DNA of 31,813 nt from a virus (IMGVR_UViG_3300029171_000032:1-31813); one strand, 5' to 3'; numbered from the stretch's first letter, positions 19,110-28,039 are shown. Notes: generated by a model from the letters alone, not told the origin. Numbers and translations are program-made.

Positions 19110-20284
19110 CACAAAGTTTTATTAACCCGCTAAGTAAATTCACTACCGATACTCTCGGGACTTTGCCTTATTCGAGACTTTATTTCTTTGAGAATGAAAG
19201 CTCAACCCCAAAGGAGGTTTTCAAGAATCAAGCGAAGTCTGTCTCGTGGGGTACTTATGCAACATCTGATTCAGCAGGCAATTTTGCCCCGATCTGGTAT
19301 GACGGAATTGTTCGGGCTGAGCTTAGAAACGCTGCTGGCGTAGTTCAAACCGGATGGCCTATTGATCACATTGGTTCTGATGTTTCATTTGATACTGACG
19401 TAACTGTCAATGGAGACTTAACAGCTGATAACCTAATCTCATTGGGCGGTGTAGAGGCTGATACGGCCAGTGGATTTATCACAACAGATTACACACTAAA
19501 CGCAAGAAATCCGATTTGGTCTTTTGGCAATGCTAACACTTACGGAATCAGTTATTTTGCAGGTGCTACCAGCATTGGAAACGATGATGTTATCGGTATA
19601 CATTTCGGAACTGCAACAGAAATAGGATCTGAATTTTTATTTGATCAAAATGGAAACTTTACAGCATCTGGAGACGTTACAGTCGGCGATGATCTTGTTG
19701 TAACAGATGATGCCAGTGTTGGAGGTGACTTATCTGTCACTGGGTCAATATCTGTAACAAATGACATTACGATTGGCGATGATCTTGTGGTTACGGGATC
19801 AATAGACGCCTCATCTGTTGAAACTACCGGAACGATGCAGACTGGCACTGGGGTTATATTTCCAAATGTAAACTCTGTAAGCGCAACAGTTCTTGATTAT
19901 TATGAAGAGTCCACGTTTACACCTGTCTTAATTGGAACGTCAACAGCTGGAACCGGAACATACACGTTACAGGTTGGCAAACAAACAAGAATTGGGAACA
20001 TAGTTTTTGTTTCTGTAGAGCTTGCGTGGACTGCACATACTGGCACTGGAAATATGCGAATAACTGGGCTTACTTATGCTGGTTCTTCAGATATAAGGCA
20101 GGCTCTAATGATGAATTACAGCGAGATAGACATAGGTGGCAACATTTACCAAGGCGGGGGGCAAGTGTCTTTCACAAATCAAATTAATCTTGTTAGGTCA
20201 TTAAATGGCGGTGGTGGTGTTCTTACGTCTATACCAATTGACACTGCTGGGTCAGTTCAGATTTCAGGATTTTATTTTGTGTGA
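19106..20284 (+). CDS. Tail fibre / adaptor protein
   Basis: N-terminal virion-anchoring pattern LPYSRLYFFENESSTPK; GDDLVVT repeats; C-terminal LDYYEESTFTP...QTRIGNIVFV domain. Confidence 0.8.
   Translation: MTQSFINPLSKFTTDTLGTLPYSRLYFFENESSTPKEVFKNQAKSVSWGTYATSDSAGNFAPIWYDGIVRAELRNAAGVVQTGWPIDHIGSDVSFDTDVTVNGDLTADNLISLGGVEADTASGFITTDYTLNARNPIWSFGNANTYGISYFAGATSIGNDDVIGIHFGTATEIGSEFLFDQNGNFTASGDVTVGDDLVVTDDASVGGDLSVTGSISVTNDITIGDDLVVTGSIDASSVETTGTMQTGTGVIFPNVNSVSATVLDYYEESTFTPVLIGTSTAGTGTYTLQVGKQTRIGNIVFVSVELAWTAHTGTGNMRITGLTYAGSSDIRQALMMNYSEIDIGGNIYQGGGQVSFTNQINLVRSLNGGGGVLTSIPIDTAGSVQISGFYFV
19685..19788 (+). repeat. Coding direct repeat GGCGATGATCTTGT in the fibre shaft
   Basis: Copies at 19685-19698 and 19775-19788, both encoding GDDLV. 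Confidence 0.7.
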
Positions 20285-20289
20285 GTATT

Positions 20290-20631
20290 ATGAAATACAT
20301 CAATAACCTATTCTTTTCATTTGATAGATTTCTTAATGCTTTATGCGGAGGAAGTCCTGTTCAGACAATATCTGCTAGGGTAGGCTATCACACTACAGAA
20401 AATACAAAGTGGCACTCGAAATACTGGAATGGACTTCGAGCGATAATTGATTCAACTTTTTATCCTGCTGACGGTGAAGGCCATTGCGCTAAAGCGTATG
20501 AAGATGAGAAATTTTATCACAATGAACTTGGTAACGATTTTGCTAGGATTATACTGGGAATAATTGTAACAATTTGCTGCGTATTTTTGTGGCCGACAAT
20601 CAGAATTTTGAAATACTGGGGTAAAGTGTAA
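20290..20631 (+). CDS. Tail-region hypothetical protein with a C-terminal transmembrane helix
   Basis: DRFLNALCGGSPVQTISARVG...IDSTF...GHCAKAY pattern; hydrophobic IILGIIVTICCVFLW. Confidence 0.7.
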   Translation: MKYINNLFFSFDRFLNALCGGSPVQTISARVGYHTTENTKWHSKYWNGLRAIIDSTFYPADGEGHCAKAYEDEKFYHNELGNDFARIILGIIVTICCVFLWPTIRILKYWGKV

Positions 20632-22520
20632 TGGCAATACAGACTATAGATAGAGGCACAGCAGGAAATCCTTCAGATACATTTAAGCTTGGGGAGGCAT
20701 TTGATACTTGTCAGGCTAATGATAATTATCTGGATTCGATCAAGCCTACCATTGTCGAAACCTTTGCTGCTCTAGCTGCAACACCAGTAACAGCAGGCGC
20801 CGTTTATTATCTTAAAGAATATTACGCTAGCACAGGCCTTGGTGGTGGCAAGCTGGTCGGAAAGGCTGGGTCAACAACCTACGACAACGTATTAACTTTT
20901 GCAGGAACTGGTGGTTATTTCGAGAGAATTAATTACGATTGCCTAACGCCTCAGATGGCCGGATCTACAGATGATGCAACAGACAATATGGCGCAGCTTG
21001 ACGCCTTGGCAGCTGCTTGCTCAGATAAATTAGTTCCTTTGTTTCAGCCTATTGATGAATACTTGGGTGTATCTGGTAATTTTGAGCTGCCAGATAATCT
21101 TAAAATTTACGGGCTTAAACTAAAGCAATTAACCCCAGCAGCATCGACAAGAACTATTTTCAAAAACTCTGGATCAGGGTTTATTGAGCTACACAATTGC
21201 GCAGTTAACCGAAACGGAACCGCAGACGTCAATGACCTGCAAATTGCAACGGATGCCGCTGGGGTTTGGCTGCACAATATCGCGGGCGTGATTATTGATG
21301 GACTAGAGGTTTTTGGTCACGGACAAGGAACCGGAATAAGGCTGATAAATCTAACAGGAAGATTAAAGTTTAAAGGTTTTTACGTTCATGATATGACATG
21401 GTGGAGTTCTACTGCCCCAGTAACAGAAAAGCTTGGCGGAGTTAGTATTGAAAATTGCGATAGATGGACTATGAGTGATTTTGAAATATCAAATTTGTAT
21501 AGCAAAACCGGAACAGATCCAGTTCGTAGATTCCAGACAGATGGAATTGGGGTCGGCGGTAATGTTGGCTCAACTCGATTTACAATCAAAAGTGGAATTG
21601 TCCAAAATGTTGGTGAAGGTATAGACATTACCGGATCTGGCGGCAACAGAGATTTTAGACTATTTGACATAAAAGCAGAAGATTGTGGGTTTGCATCATT
21701 TAAATTTGCGAACGGAAATGGCTCTGGGCATATATTCGGCTGCACGTCATTAAGGGCTGGATGGGTTGGGATTGCTGTTGTCGGTTCCGGCGGAATATCC
21801 TCTCAATACATATCCGATTTTATTATTGAGTCAAATTTTATTTATGATACTGGTGTAAATCCTGAAATTTCGGGGGGATCTATTACGTATGATGGGATTC
21901 AGATCGGCGAAACTTCAGCAGTTGCCGGAACTCCAGCTAATGTAATTGTTGATAAAAACATCATCATTGATAGGCAAACTGTTAAAACAATGAATTTTGG
22001 CATTAAGTACTATGGCGCTATTGCAACTGGTCAAAATATTATCATAAGACCAACAAACATTATCTCTGGCTACACAACAAAAGCTGTGGCAAGCGATGGC
22101 GGGACAAACGTGCTAGGCGAATTTATGTATTCGAGATACTCAACAACTGGCACCTTTACGCATAACTCAACAGGGAACTGGATTACTTATGCACCAACGA
22201 ATAAGGATTATGACGAAAATAATCTGTATTCTGCCGGAACATTTACTGTAAAAAACAGAGGTCAGTATGTTGTAACAGCTGGCGCTGTTTTCATTAGCAG
22301 CGTAACTGGACAAAGAGGCATCAGAATTAAAAAAGGTGCAACAGTTCAGACTTCAGTCATTATTGACGCAACCGCAGGGTCTCAGGCAACGCCGTGCAAT
22401 TTGTCCCATGAGATTTTCCTGGATGCCGGTGATACCATAGTTTTGGAAATATTCCAAAGCTCTGGGGGAAATCTTGATCTATCAAACACAGGATCATTTG
22501 TGAGGTTATCGCAATCATGA
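20631..22520 (+). CDS. Tailspike with beta-helix depolymerase-like body and C1q/TNF-like C-terminal domain
   Basis: IDRGTAGNPSD..LGEAF anchor motif; DGIGVG, EGIDITG and DGIQIG beta-helix rungs; GTFTVKNRGQYVV...LDAGDTIVLEIFQ. Confidence 0.82.
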   Translation: MAIQTIDRGTAGNPSDTFKLGEAFDTCQANDNYLDSIKPTIVETFAALAATPVTAGAVYYLKEYYASTGLGGGKLVGKAGSTTYDNVLTFAGTGGYFERINYDCLTPQMAGSTDDATDNMAQLDALAAACSDKLVPLFQPIDEYLGVSGNFELPDNLKIYGLKLKQLTPAASTRTIFKNSGSGFIELHNCAVNRNGTADVNDLQIATDAAGVWLHNIAGVIIDGLEVFGHGQGTGIRLINLTGRLKFKGFYVHDMTWWSSTAPVTEKLGGVSIENCDRWTMSDFEISNLYSKTGTDPVRRFQTDGIGVGGNVGSTRFTIKSGIVQNVGEGIDITGSGGNRDFRLFDIKAEDCGFASFKFANGNGSGHIFGCTSLRAGWVGIAVVGSGGISSQYISDFIIESNFIYDTGVNPEISGGSITYDGIQIGETSAVAGTPANVIVDKNIIIDRQTVKTMNFGIKYYGAIATGQNIIIRPTNIISGYTTKAVASDGGTNVLGEFMYSRYSTTGTFTHNSTGNWITYAPTNKDYDENNLYSAGTFTVKNRGQYVVTAGAVFISSVTGQRGIRIKKGATVQTSVIIDATAGSQATPCNLSHEIFLDAGDTIVLEIFQSSGGNLDLSNTGSFVRLSQS

Positions 22521-23122
22521 TGTGGACAGAAATCCTAACCAAATGCGGCGTAAAAAAATCCACTGCTGAAAAGTGGGCGCCTGCATTCTCTGAATTGGTA
22601 AAGCCTGAATCTTTTTCGAAGGGTTTCGCTGAGATTGATGATTTTCTGGCGCAGATATTTCACGAATCTGGAATGCTGGAAAGAGTCGAGGAGAATTTAA
22701 ACTATTCATCAGCCGAAAGAATTAAGATGGTTTTTGGCTCGAAAAGATTTCCGACTATTGAGTCTGCGCTACCTTATGTTAAATCACCTGAAAAGCTTGG
22801 CAACTATGTTTATAAGGGTCGTATTGGCAATAAATTTGATGATGATGGCTGGCGTTATCGTGGTGGTGGGTTAATGCAAGTTACTGGCCGCGCTAATTAT
22901 GAAGCGCTTGGATATGATGCCAACCCAGAGGAATTAAGAAAGCCATTTGCAGCACTTAAAACTGCTATAAAATGGTGGGAAGGCAATATCCCTGACGTTA
23001 TCATTGACGATGTTGTGAAGGTTTCGCGCAGGGTAAACGGCGGCGACAATGGGCTGGCTCACAGAGAGCAATTATACAAAACAGTGCGCGAGGTGCTAAG
23101 TGCTGAGCAAATTACTGGTTAA
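22517..23122 (+). CDS. Endolysin, glycoside hydrolase family 19
   Basis: FLAQIFHESG, EENLNYS, DGWRYRGGGLMQVTGRANY, RRVNGGDNGLAHR. Confidence 0.92.
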   Translation: MMWTEILTKCGVKKSTAEKWAPAFSELVKPESFSKGFAEIDDFLAQIFHESGMLERVEENLNYSSAERIKMVFGSKRFPTIESALPYVKSPEKLGNYVYKGRIGNKFDDDGWRYRGGGLMQVTGRANYEALGYDANPEELRKPFAALKTAIKWWEGNIPDVIIDDVVKVSRRVNGGDNGLAHREQLYKTVREVLSAEQITG

Positions 23123-23351
23123 AATCCTTGGCGATCTTGTCTGCTCCCATGCTGACGGATCAATTTCAATGTCTCGCCTTGCTGCCTGTACAGCACATTT
23201 CCTGGCGGCTGGATTCTTTGTTTACTACAATGCAAAAGACCCGTTTAACGAAGTGCTTTGGATGATCTATTTAGGGTTTGCAACTGGTCACGCAATATGG
23301 GATAAGAGCTGGATGACAACCAAGGGTAAGCCTAAAGATGATCAACCTTAA
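23100..23351 (+). CDS. Probable holin
   Basis: Small protein with two hydrophobic segments and a charged C-terminus, between endolysin and spanins. Confidence 0.65.
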   Translation: MLSKLLVKILGDLVCSHADGSISMSRLAACTAHFLAAGFFVYYNAKDPFNEVLWMIYLGFATGHAIWDKSWMTTKGKPKDDQP

Positions 23352-23820
23352 GCTAATCGCAATATCAGCAACGCTGGCAGCTATATTTGGCCTTGGCTTT
23401 TATGTCGGCAAGGGTATTGAGTTAGGAAGCGCGCAAAAGAAGATTAATGAAGCTAAAGATAATCTCTATGCTTGCCGCGAAACCGTTATGACTATGAATC
23501 AGATGGCAGCAAATAGCATTGTAGATCGACAACTGAAGATAAACCAGGAGGCACAAAGTGCAGATGCTAAAATCAAAAATCTCGAAGTTAATATTGATAA
23601 TGCTACCGCTATTGCTGATCGGCTGCGCAACGAACTCAAAGCAGCCGAATATCGTAATCGCACCTGCAAATCAACTGTCTCCTCAAGCGCTCCCAGTGAA
23701 GAAGCCAGACCTATGCTATCCGACGTGCACGGAAGGATTGACGAAGCTGCGGGAATCTTTGCTGAATACGCTGACAGAACAGAAATAGCGCATCAGGCAT
23801 GTGTTAACTCAATCAAATAA
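23338..23820 (+). CDS. rz: Rz-like inner-membrane spanin
   Basis: N-terminal transmembrane helix, coiled coil, AEYADRTEIAHQAC C-terminus. Confidence 0.8.
   Translation: MINLKLIAISATLAAIFGLGFYVGKGIELGSAQKKINEAKDNLYACRETVMTMNQMAANSIVDRQLKINQEAQSADAKIKNLEVNIDNATAIADRLRNELKAAEYRNRTCKSTVSSSAPSEEARPMLSDVHGRIDEAAGIFAEYADRTEIAHQACVNSIK
23558..23788 (+). CDS. rz1: Rz1-like outer-membrane lipoprotein spanin embedded in rz
   Basis: AGGAGG RBS at 23546-23551; lipobox LLIG-C; Pro-rich mature part; +1 frame entirely inside rz. Confidence 0.82.
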   Translation: MQMLKSKISKLILIMLPLLLIGCATNSKQPNIVIAPANQLSPQALPVKKPDLCYPTCTEGLTKLRESLLNTLTEQK

Positions 23821-23829
23821 CCTGTAGAC

Positions 23830-23856
23830 AAAAAAATGCCCCTTATTATCGGGGCT
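23830..23856 (-). terminator. Terminator between convergent late and early operons
   Basis: Minus strand GCCCC-N8-GGGGC followed by ATTTTTTT. Confidence 0.75.
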
Positions 23857-23920
23857 AAGCAGCTTCACAGGTAAAAACTCAAAACACTTGCAAAGCCTAT
23901 TCTAGCATAACTTTTGTGTT

Positions 23921-24238
23921 TCACCAGCTACCAGATCCAATTAGCGCAATAACTAAAATAGAGCCCAGCAACATACCAATAAACAACGCAGTAAACTTTC
24001 TTGATATTGCAGGACGCCAAATCCAGTTGGCAGGCAGTGGATCGCCAAACTTACTATAAACTAAGCCTTCAAATTCAATGCACTGGATTTCAATGCCTGT
24101 GTGTTCGCATTGTGCAATTCCCTTCTTGCCGAACGCAACAACTCTAGCGCGTCCTCGCAATTCTTCATTTTCTTCGTATCGCTCGTTAAATTCACGCTCT
24201 ACTTTTGACTCAACTTCTTTTTCATCTACTAAGTTCAT
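23921..24238 (-). CDS. Hypothetical protein with a C-terminal transmembrane helix
   Basis: AGGTGA RBS; hydrophobic C-terminus. Confidence 0.65.
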   Translation of the reverse strand: MNLVDEKEVESKVEREFNERYEENEELRGRARVVAFGKKGIAQCEHTGIEIQCIEFEGLVYSKFGDPLPANWIWRPAISRKFTALFIGMLLGSILVIALIGSGSW

Positions 24239-24293
24239 TTTTCATCACCTTTTGGGCTAAGTACGCAGTTTTCAAAGCGGCCAGTATATGATT

Positions 24294-24782
24294 TTATCTC
24301 TTTGCCATCCAAGGAGCTATGCTTTCAATTAAATCGTTACTTTTCTGAGTGCGATAGGTAAAACATCTAGCAAAGATTGGCGATTCAACAGCAATCAATT
24401 TATGATCAGATATTAATTTTGCTGCGTACTCTCCGCTTATTGCTTCACGTTTTGTTTGCCTGCCATTTCTAGCTTCGCACAAAATGAAGTTTCCACGGGT
24501 ATCACTGATAAACATATCCCCGCAGATCTTTGGGCTTGCTGTGCCTTTTCTTAAGGTTGTTTCAATCCATTTGGTCTTTTTGACCTTGCATAGATTTGCT
24601 TGTTTAATCTCTTCCCTGATAGTTTTGTTCAAATCTTTGACGATTCTATAACTTTCCGTTTTCTTGTAATCCTCGGCAAACTGTTTAGCATCACCATCAG
24701 TCTGCCAATAGAATTTACGCTTAAGCTTAGCTGCCTCCCTGCGAGCTTTTAGGTCTGCGAATTTTTGAGAGGAGGTTTTCAT
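24294..24782 (-). CDS. Basic hypothetical protein, possibly DNA-binding
   Basis: AGGA RBS; KTSSQKFADLKARREAAKLKRKFYW resembles small phage regulators. Confidence 0.6.
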   Translation of the reverse strand: MKTSSQKFADLKARREAAKLKRKFYWQTDGDAKQFAEDYKKTESYRIVKDLNKTIREEIKQANLCKVKKTKWIETTLRKGTASPKICGDMFISDTRGNFILCEARNGRQTKREAISGEYAAKLISDHKLIAVESPIFARCFTYRTQKSNDLIESIAPWMAKR

Positions 24783-24934
24783 AGTGCTTCCTGATATGTT
24801 GCTATCAACTGAATTTGTTTTGTTAACCATTCATCAAAAAGATGCTGAGCTGTTGGAGCTACACAATTTAGTTTGCATCTTGCGCATAGCTTGTACTTTG
24901 CGCAGTGCTCGATCACGAAATTAGGCAGCGTCAT
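24779..24934 (-). CDS. Small Cys-rich hypothetical protein (51 aa)
   Basis: MTLPNFVIEHCAKYKLCARCKLNC; ATGA coupling to the downstream gene. Confidence 0.5.
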   Translation of the reverse strand: MTLPNFVIEHCAKYKLCARCKLNCVAPTAQHLFDEWLTKQIQLIATYQEAL

Positions 24935-25121
24935 AAACGCTACCATTGAGGCGATCGGCCAAAGACATAACAAAATTGGTTGCAGACTTAACTGCAATGG
25001 TAAAGTTAACCATGCAAACGGTGTCGCCGCAAACTGGGGTTTCAAAATCACAAGCTTTGGCAGAAACAACGAATTTAGCCAATTCCTTTTTGCTTGTGAA
25101 AACTGCTACTAATTTTGCCAT
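24921..25121 (-). CDS. Hypothetical protein
   Basis: AGGTGA RBS; first gene after operator/promoter copy 2. Confidence 0.6.
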   Translation of the reverse strand: MAKLVAVFTSKKELAKFVVSAKACDFETPVCGDTVCMVNFTIAVKSATNFVMSLADRLNGSVYDAA

Positions 25122-25170
25122 ATCATTCACCTGTGTTTTTCGCCTCGCACATTGCTTAGCTCATGTGAGT

Positions 25171-25217
25171 AGATTAATAGAGTTAGCGCTAACCGTAAAG
25201 TGTCTTTACAAATCTTT
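25171..25217 (-). promoter_or_regulatory. Promoter with operator copy 2
   Basis: TTTACG-N17-TAATCT with GTTAGCGCTAAC (25182-25193) in the spacer and AAAGATTTGTAAAG upstream. Confidence 0.7.
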
Positions 25218-25775
25218 ACGCATCAACTGAATTTGATCTTTGTAATACTGGATCTGATCTATGTACCAGCCGCGAGGTTTCTTGAATTGATTCTTGCGGT
25301 TTTCGTACATGTCATTCCATGCAGCCAGCCCAATTTCCTGCTTTAATCTTTCGTTGAAAATCCAGTGGTTGCCACCTTCGCCGCAATTGCAATAGGAGCA
25401 CTGAGGCCTAACTGCGCGCTCGTCAAAATATAGATTCCCGTTTGCCGACTTGCTGAAACAGTGTCCTCCTTGGCAGTCAATCGTGCCTATTTCTATGGGC
25501 TTGTCGCATGTGTAGCAGTTGCACCATTTTCCGTCTGAGCTGTGCACAAGTTTTATGTAGAGGCTAAACTCATTCCACAAGTCGATTCTAAGTTTTCCGA
25601 CTGTTTTAGGTTTTTTAACCTTTGGCTTTGCGACCTTCTTAGATTTAACGCCTTGAGCATAATCCAATTCACACGCAGCGCTGCAAGTCTTATCAGTCTT
25701 GAGATTTCGCACTTTTGGAATGAACGGTTCTCTGCAAATAGGGCAGCGCTTCTTCTTAATTGTTTTCTGATTCAA
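25206..25775 (-). CDS. ninG: NinG/Rap-like recombination endonuclease
   Basis: KRCPICREPF, TCSAAC, FSLYIK...CYTC, QGGHC, LYFDERAVRPQCSYCN. Confidence 0.85.
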   Translation of the reverse strand: MNQKTIKKKRCPICREPFIPKVRNLKTDKTCSAACELDYAQGVKSKKVAKPKVKKPKTVGKLRIDLWNEFSLYIKLVHSSDGKWCNCYTCDKPIEIGTIDCQGGHCFSKSANGNLYFDERAVRPQCSYCNCGEGGNHWIFNERLKQEIGLAAWNDMYENRKNQFKKPRGWYIDQIQYYKDQIQLMRKDL

Positions 25776-25935
25776 TTTGATCCGCCCATTGATTTGCTAT
25801 TAACCCTGCTCCCAAAAGCTCTCTGCCTTTCTCTCCGATTTCATTTAATCCGTAATAATACTCCATACTAGATCCAAGACTTTGCATTTTCGCTGAAAGG
25901 TCACGAAGCTCTATAATTAATTGATCTTTATTCAT
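25756..25935 (-). CDS. Hypothetical protein (59 aa, MNKDQLIIELRDL...)
   Basis: Hand-translated; ATGA overlap with the upstream gene; fills the gap. Confidence 0.6.
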   Translation of the reverse strand: MNKDQLIIELRDLSAKMQSLGSSMEYYYGLNEIGEKGRELLGAGLIANQWADQIESENN

Positions 25936-26120
25936 TTCAAAAAATCCAGTTTAGGAGGATTGTACTCGACAAAATCATCGCACTTTGCTTTGCCTTTGTT
26001 GTCATATTCTTGATACGTTTGCCACTCTGGATTCACAACCATAGCCTGTGCTAGATAGCAGTTATCAAAACTAGGGCAATCTTTCTTTAAGCACATTGCA
26101 ATATCAGCCATTTTCATCAC
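25932..26120 (-). CDS. Small Cys-rich hypothetical protein
   Basis: DIAMC...CPSFDNCY...WQTY...CDDF pattern common in phage early regions. Confidence 0.7.
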   Translation of the reverse strand: MMKMADIAMCLKKDCPSFDNCYLAQAMVVNPEWQTYQEYDNKGKAKCDDFVEYNPPKLDFLK

Positions 26121-26193
26121 CGTTTATTTCATCTACTGCTTTTTTGATTTCAGCCTGCCAAACCAGCCATTCTTCTTAAGCCGTTTCTTTCAT
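26104..26193 (-). pseudogene. Possible small ORF broken by an in-frame TAA
   Basis: MKETA*EEWLVWQAEIKKAVDEINGDENG; ATGA-coupled to the upstream gene. Confidence 0.3.
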
Positions 26194-26657
26194 TTGTTTT
26201 GTTCTCTTTGATTCTTTGCAAATTCGCCGGTTGACTCTAGTATCAATCCTTGGTTCGCTGCCTCCAATTGCATAAAGGTCAACACCATGAACATCTCTCC
26301 GGTCTTCCAGTCTGACGAGCTGGTGTAATCAAGCTTTGCCTGGCCGTTCGTGTAGTCTGTTATTTCATGCAGCATCCAATCTCTAGACTTTGGATTAGCA
26401 ATCAGGAACATCTTCTTGACTGTTCGCTTCATGCCTGCAAGCTCTTTCTTTTCTACCTTCTTGTAGTGCTTTCCAAGCTTCTCGGCTATCCACATTGAAC
26501 ACCACAAATGAAATAACGAGTTTTGATCGATTGACCTATCAACGCCGATTCTTGGCTTTGAATAGGTTATATATCTATGGCGATCGTACAGTGATTTTAC
26601 ATTTGCAATAAATGCAGTTAGGCTGTTGTCGCTGTTTATTGTCCATGATTCACCCAT
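26190..26657 (-). CDS. NinB/YbcN-like protein
   Basis: RSIDQNSLFHLW motif and TSSSDWKTGEM..VLTFMQ C-terminus; near ninG. Confidence 0.6.
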   Translation of the reverse strand: MGESWTINSDNSLTAFIANVKSLYDRHRYITYSKPRIGVDRSIDQNSLFHLWCSMWIAEKLGKHYKKVEKKELAGMKRTVKKMFLIANPKSRDWMLHEITDYTNGQAKLDYTSSSDWKTGEMFMVLTFMQLEAANQGLILESTGEFAKNQREQNK

Positions 26658-26911
26658 CAAATAGATTCCGATGACTGGATTAAACTTGAATCTCTGGTTT
26701 GCGGTTCGGTTCTAACTGCCTCAATCCTGCAAGACAGAATATCCTCGACCCCTAAAACATAAGCGTTATATTCGCCAACTCCATCGGTGACGATTAAACT
26801 AGCGGCATCCTTGGCCTCTTTGCGAGAGCTGAAAATAGTCGGCTCGCCAACCACTTCAAGCTTGCCATTTTCTTTAATAATTATCCAAAACTTGTCTTTT
26901 CTTAGATTCAT
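26657..26911 (-). CDS. Hypothetical protein
   Basis: AGGTGA RBS; coupled to the next gene. Confidence 0.65.
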   Translation of the reverse strand: MNLRKDKFWIIIKENGKLEVVGEPTIFSSRKEAKDAASLIVTDGVGEYNAYVLGVEDILSCRIEAVRTEPQTRDSSLIQSSESI

Positions 26912-26918
26912 AGATCAC

Positions 26919-27353
26919 CTAATTTTTTAGCGCCACATTAAGCATTTTTTCAAATAATTCTGTGATCATTGCGTAACCGCCAGAATAATTAGAGCAAGCA
27001 ATTGATCCAAGCTCCGTTTCAATTTGTGCAACTCTAAGCATTTCAGGCCAGCGAGATTCAGGAATTTTTACATTTAACGGATAGTAAGTCATTTCGTTGC
27101 CGCCTCCGTAGACTTCGCCGGAATCGATTGCTTTCTGAAACTTTTCTCGCTCCGTATTGTATTCATGCCATCCATCTCGATCTATTATTACCGAGCCATT
27201 TATAAACCATCTTTCTTTTTTAACGTGAGAAAAATAATCAGCCAAGCGCCTAAGTTCAGCTCTTAATTCTTGCTCATTCATCATGTCTATTTTATCTTGA
27301 TCAAACTCTGATAAGTCTGGCAAGTCATATGCATCGATATTTACTGCTGTCAT
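26919..27353 (-). CDS. Hypothetical protein
   Basis: AGGTGA RBS; 144-aa ORF in the early operon. Confidence 0.7.
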   Translation of the reverse strand: MTAVNIDAYDLPDLSEFDQDKIDMMNEQELRAELRRLADYFSHVKKERWFINGSVIIDRDGWHEYNTEREKFQKAIDSGEVYGGGNEMTYYPLNVKIPESRWPEMLRVAQIETELGSIACSNYSGGYAMITELFEKMLNVALKN

Positions 27354-27373
27354 AATTTCACCTGTTAGTTATA

Positions 27374-27454
27374 TGGAGCGGATCTCTGGACTCTCACCAA
27401 AGTCGACATGATTTAACTCGCGAATTGCCTCATGCCTGTACTACTGCCATCCGC
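27374..27454 (-). ncRNA. Non-canonical tRNA-like element with a Gly-type acceptor end
   Basis: GCGGAT...ATCCGC-T-CCA acceptor; CTTTGG-TGAGAGT-CCAGAG T-arm; CATGA/TCATG stem enclosing 18 nt instead of a 7-nt anticodon loop; no clear D-stem. Confidence 0.6.
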
Positions 27455-27524
27455 TTAGTTGTAGGCTTTAAACATCGACCGCCCACTAGCCACCTGCGGT
27501 CTGGAACTCCCAACCCTTACAGAT

Positions 27525-27704
27525 TCACTTCCCGTACCAATCAATAAGCTCATCAAACGCCATTATTGCAAAAATTCCAGCAAATAAAACTAGCACACAA
27601 ACTAGATAAAACACTTCGTCGTATTGTGCAAACTCCACGAAAAAAACGAAAGAAAGCACAATAGTAAGAAAACAGTTGATCAGTAGAGAGGCTGCCAGCT
27701 TCAT
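27525..27704 (-). CDS. Small two-TM membrane protein (59 aa)
   Basis: Hand-translated MKLAASLLINCFLTIVLSFVFFVEF...LVCVLVLFAGIFAIMAFDELIDWYGK; ATGA coupling. Confidence 0.6.
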   Translation of the reverse strand: MKLAASLLINCFLTIVLSFVFFVEFAQYDEVFYLVCVLVLFAGIFAIMAFDELIDWYGK

Positions 27705-27847
27705 ATTAAACCCCAGAAATCAATTGCTGATTCAACCTTTGCAAACTTGCGAGCACGTGCGCGAATGTAACGAGGCTTGTATTTGTAAGCCAATTTATTA
27801 GCCTTGATGCACTTCTCGGAGTTGGTTTCGTATCTAATCTGGATCAT
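27701..27847 (-). CDS. Small basic protein (48 aa)
   Basis: Hand-translated MIQIRYETNSEKCIKANKLAYKYKPRYIRARARKFAKVESAIDFWGLI. Confidence 0.55.
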   Translation of the reverse strand: MIQIRYETNSEKCIKANKLAYKYKPRYIRARARKFAKVESAIDFWGLI

Positions 27848-27856
27848 GATTAAGCC

Positions 27857-28039
27857 CTACTTAACAAGTCTGCATTCGTGGTCAATAAGATAAATAAATG
27901 TGCTTCTGTGCTTATCAATAACTGGGCATAGAAGCGTTATTATTTGACCGTCTTCAGTTTTTATTTTGAACTCTTTCTGAGGAACATATTCACAGCCAGC
28001 TATTACAAAACTAAATACAACTAACATTACTTTTTTCAT
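27857..28039 (-). CDS. Small lipoprotein
   Basis: MKK plus hydrophobic core plus lipobox IAG-C. Confidence 0.7.
   Translation of the reverse strand: MKKVMLVVFSFVIAGCEYVPQKEFKIKTEDGQIITLLCPVIDKHRSTFIYLIDHECRLVK

Noticed and set aside
25127-25139. 13-bp repeat TCACCTGTGTTTT shared with 30985-30997
   Set aside because: Largely explained as the AGGTGA Shine-Dalgarno plus an A-rich enhancer used by several early genes
25194-25210. TyrR box (TGTAAA-N6-TTTACA)
   Set aside because: Spacing is N5 here and N4 at 31059-31074, and the right half-sites coincide with -35 hexamers
27374-27454. Canonical tRNA-Gly gene
   Set aside because: No 7-nt anticodon loop with NCC, no TTC T-loop and no proper D-stem; reported as tRNA-like instead
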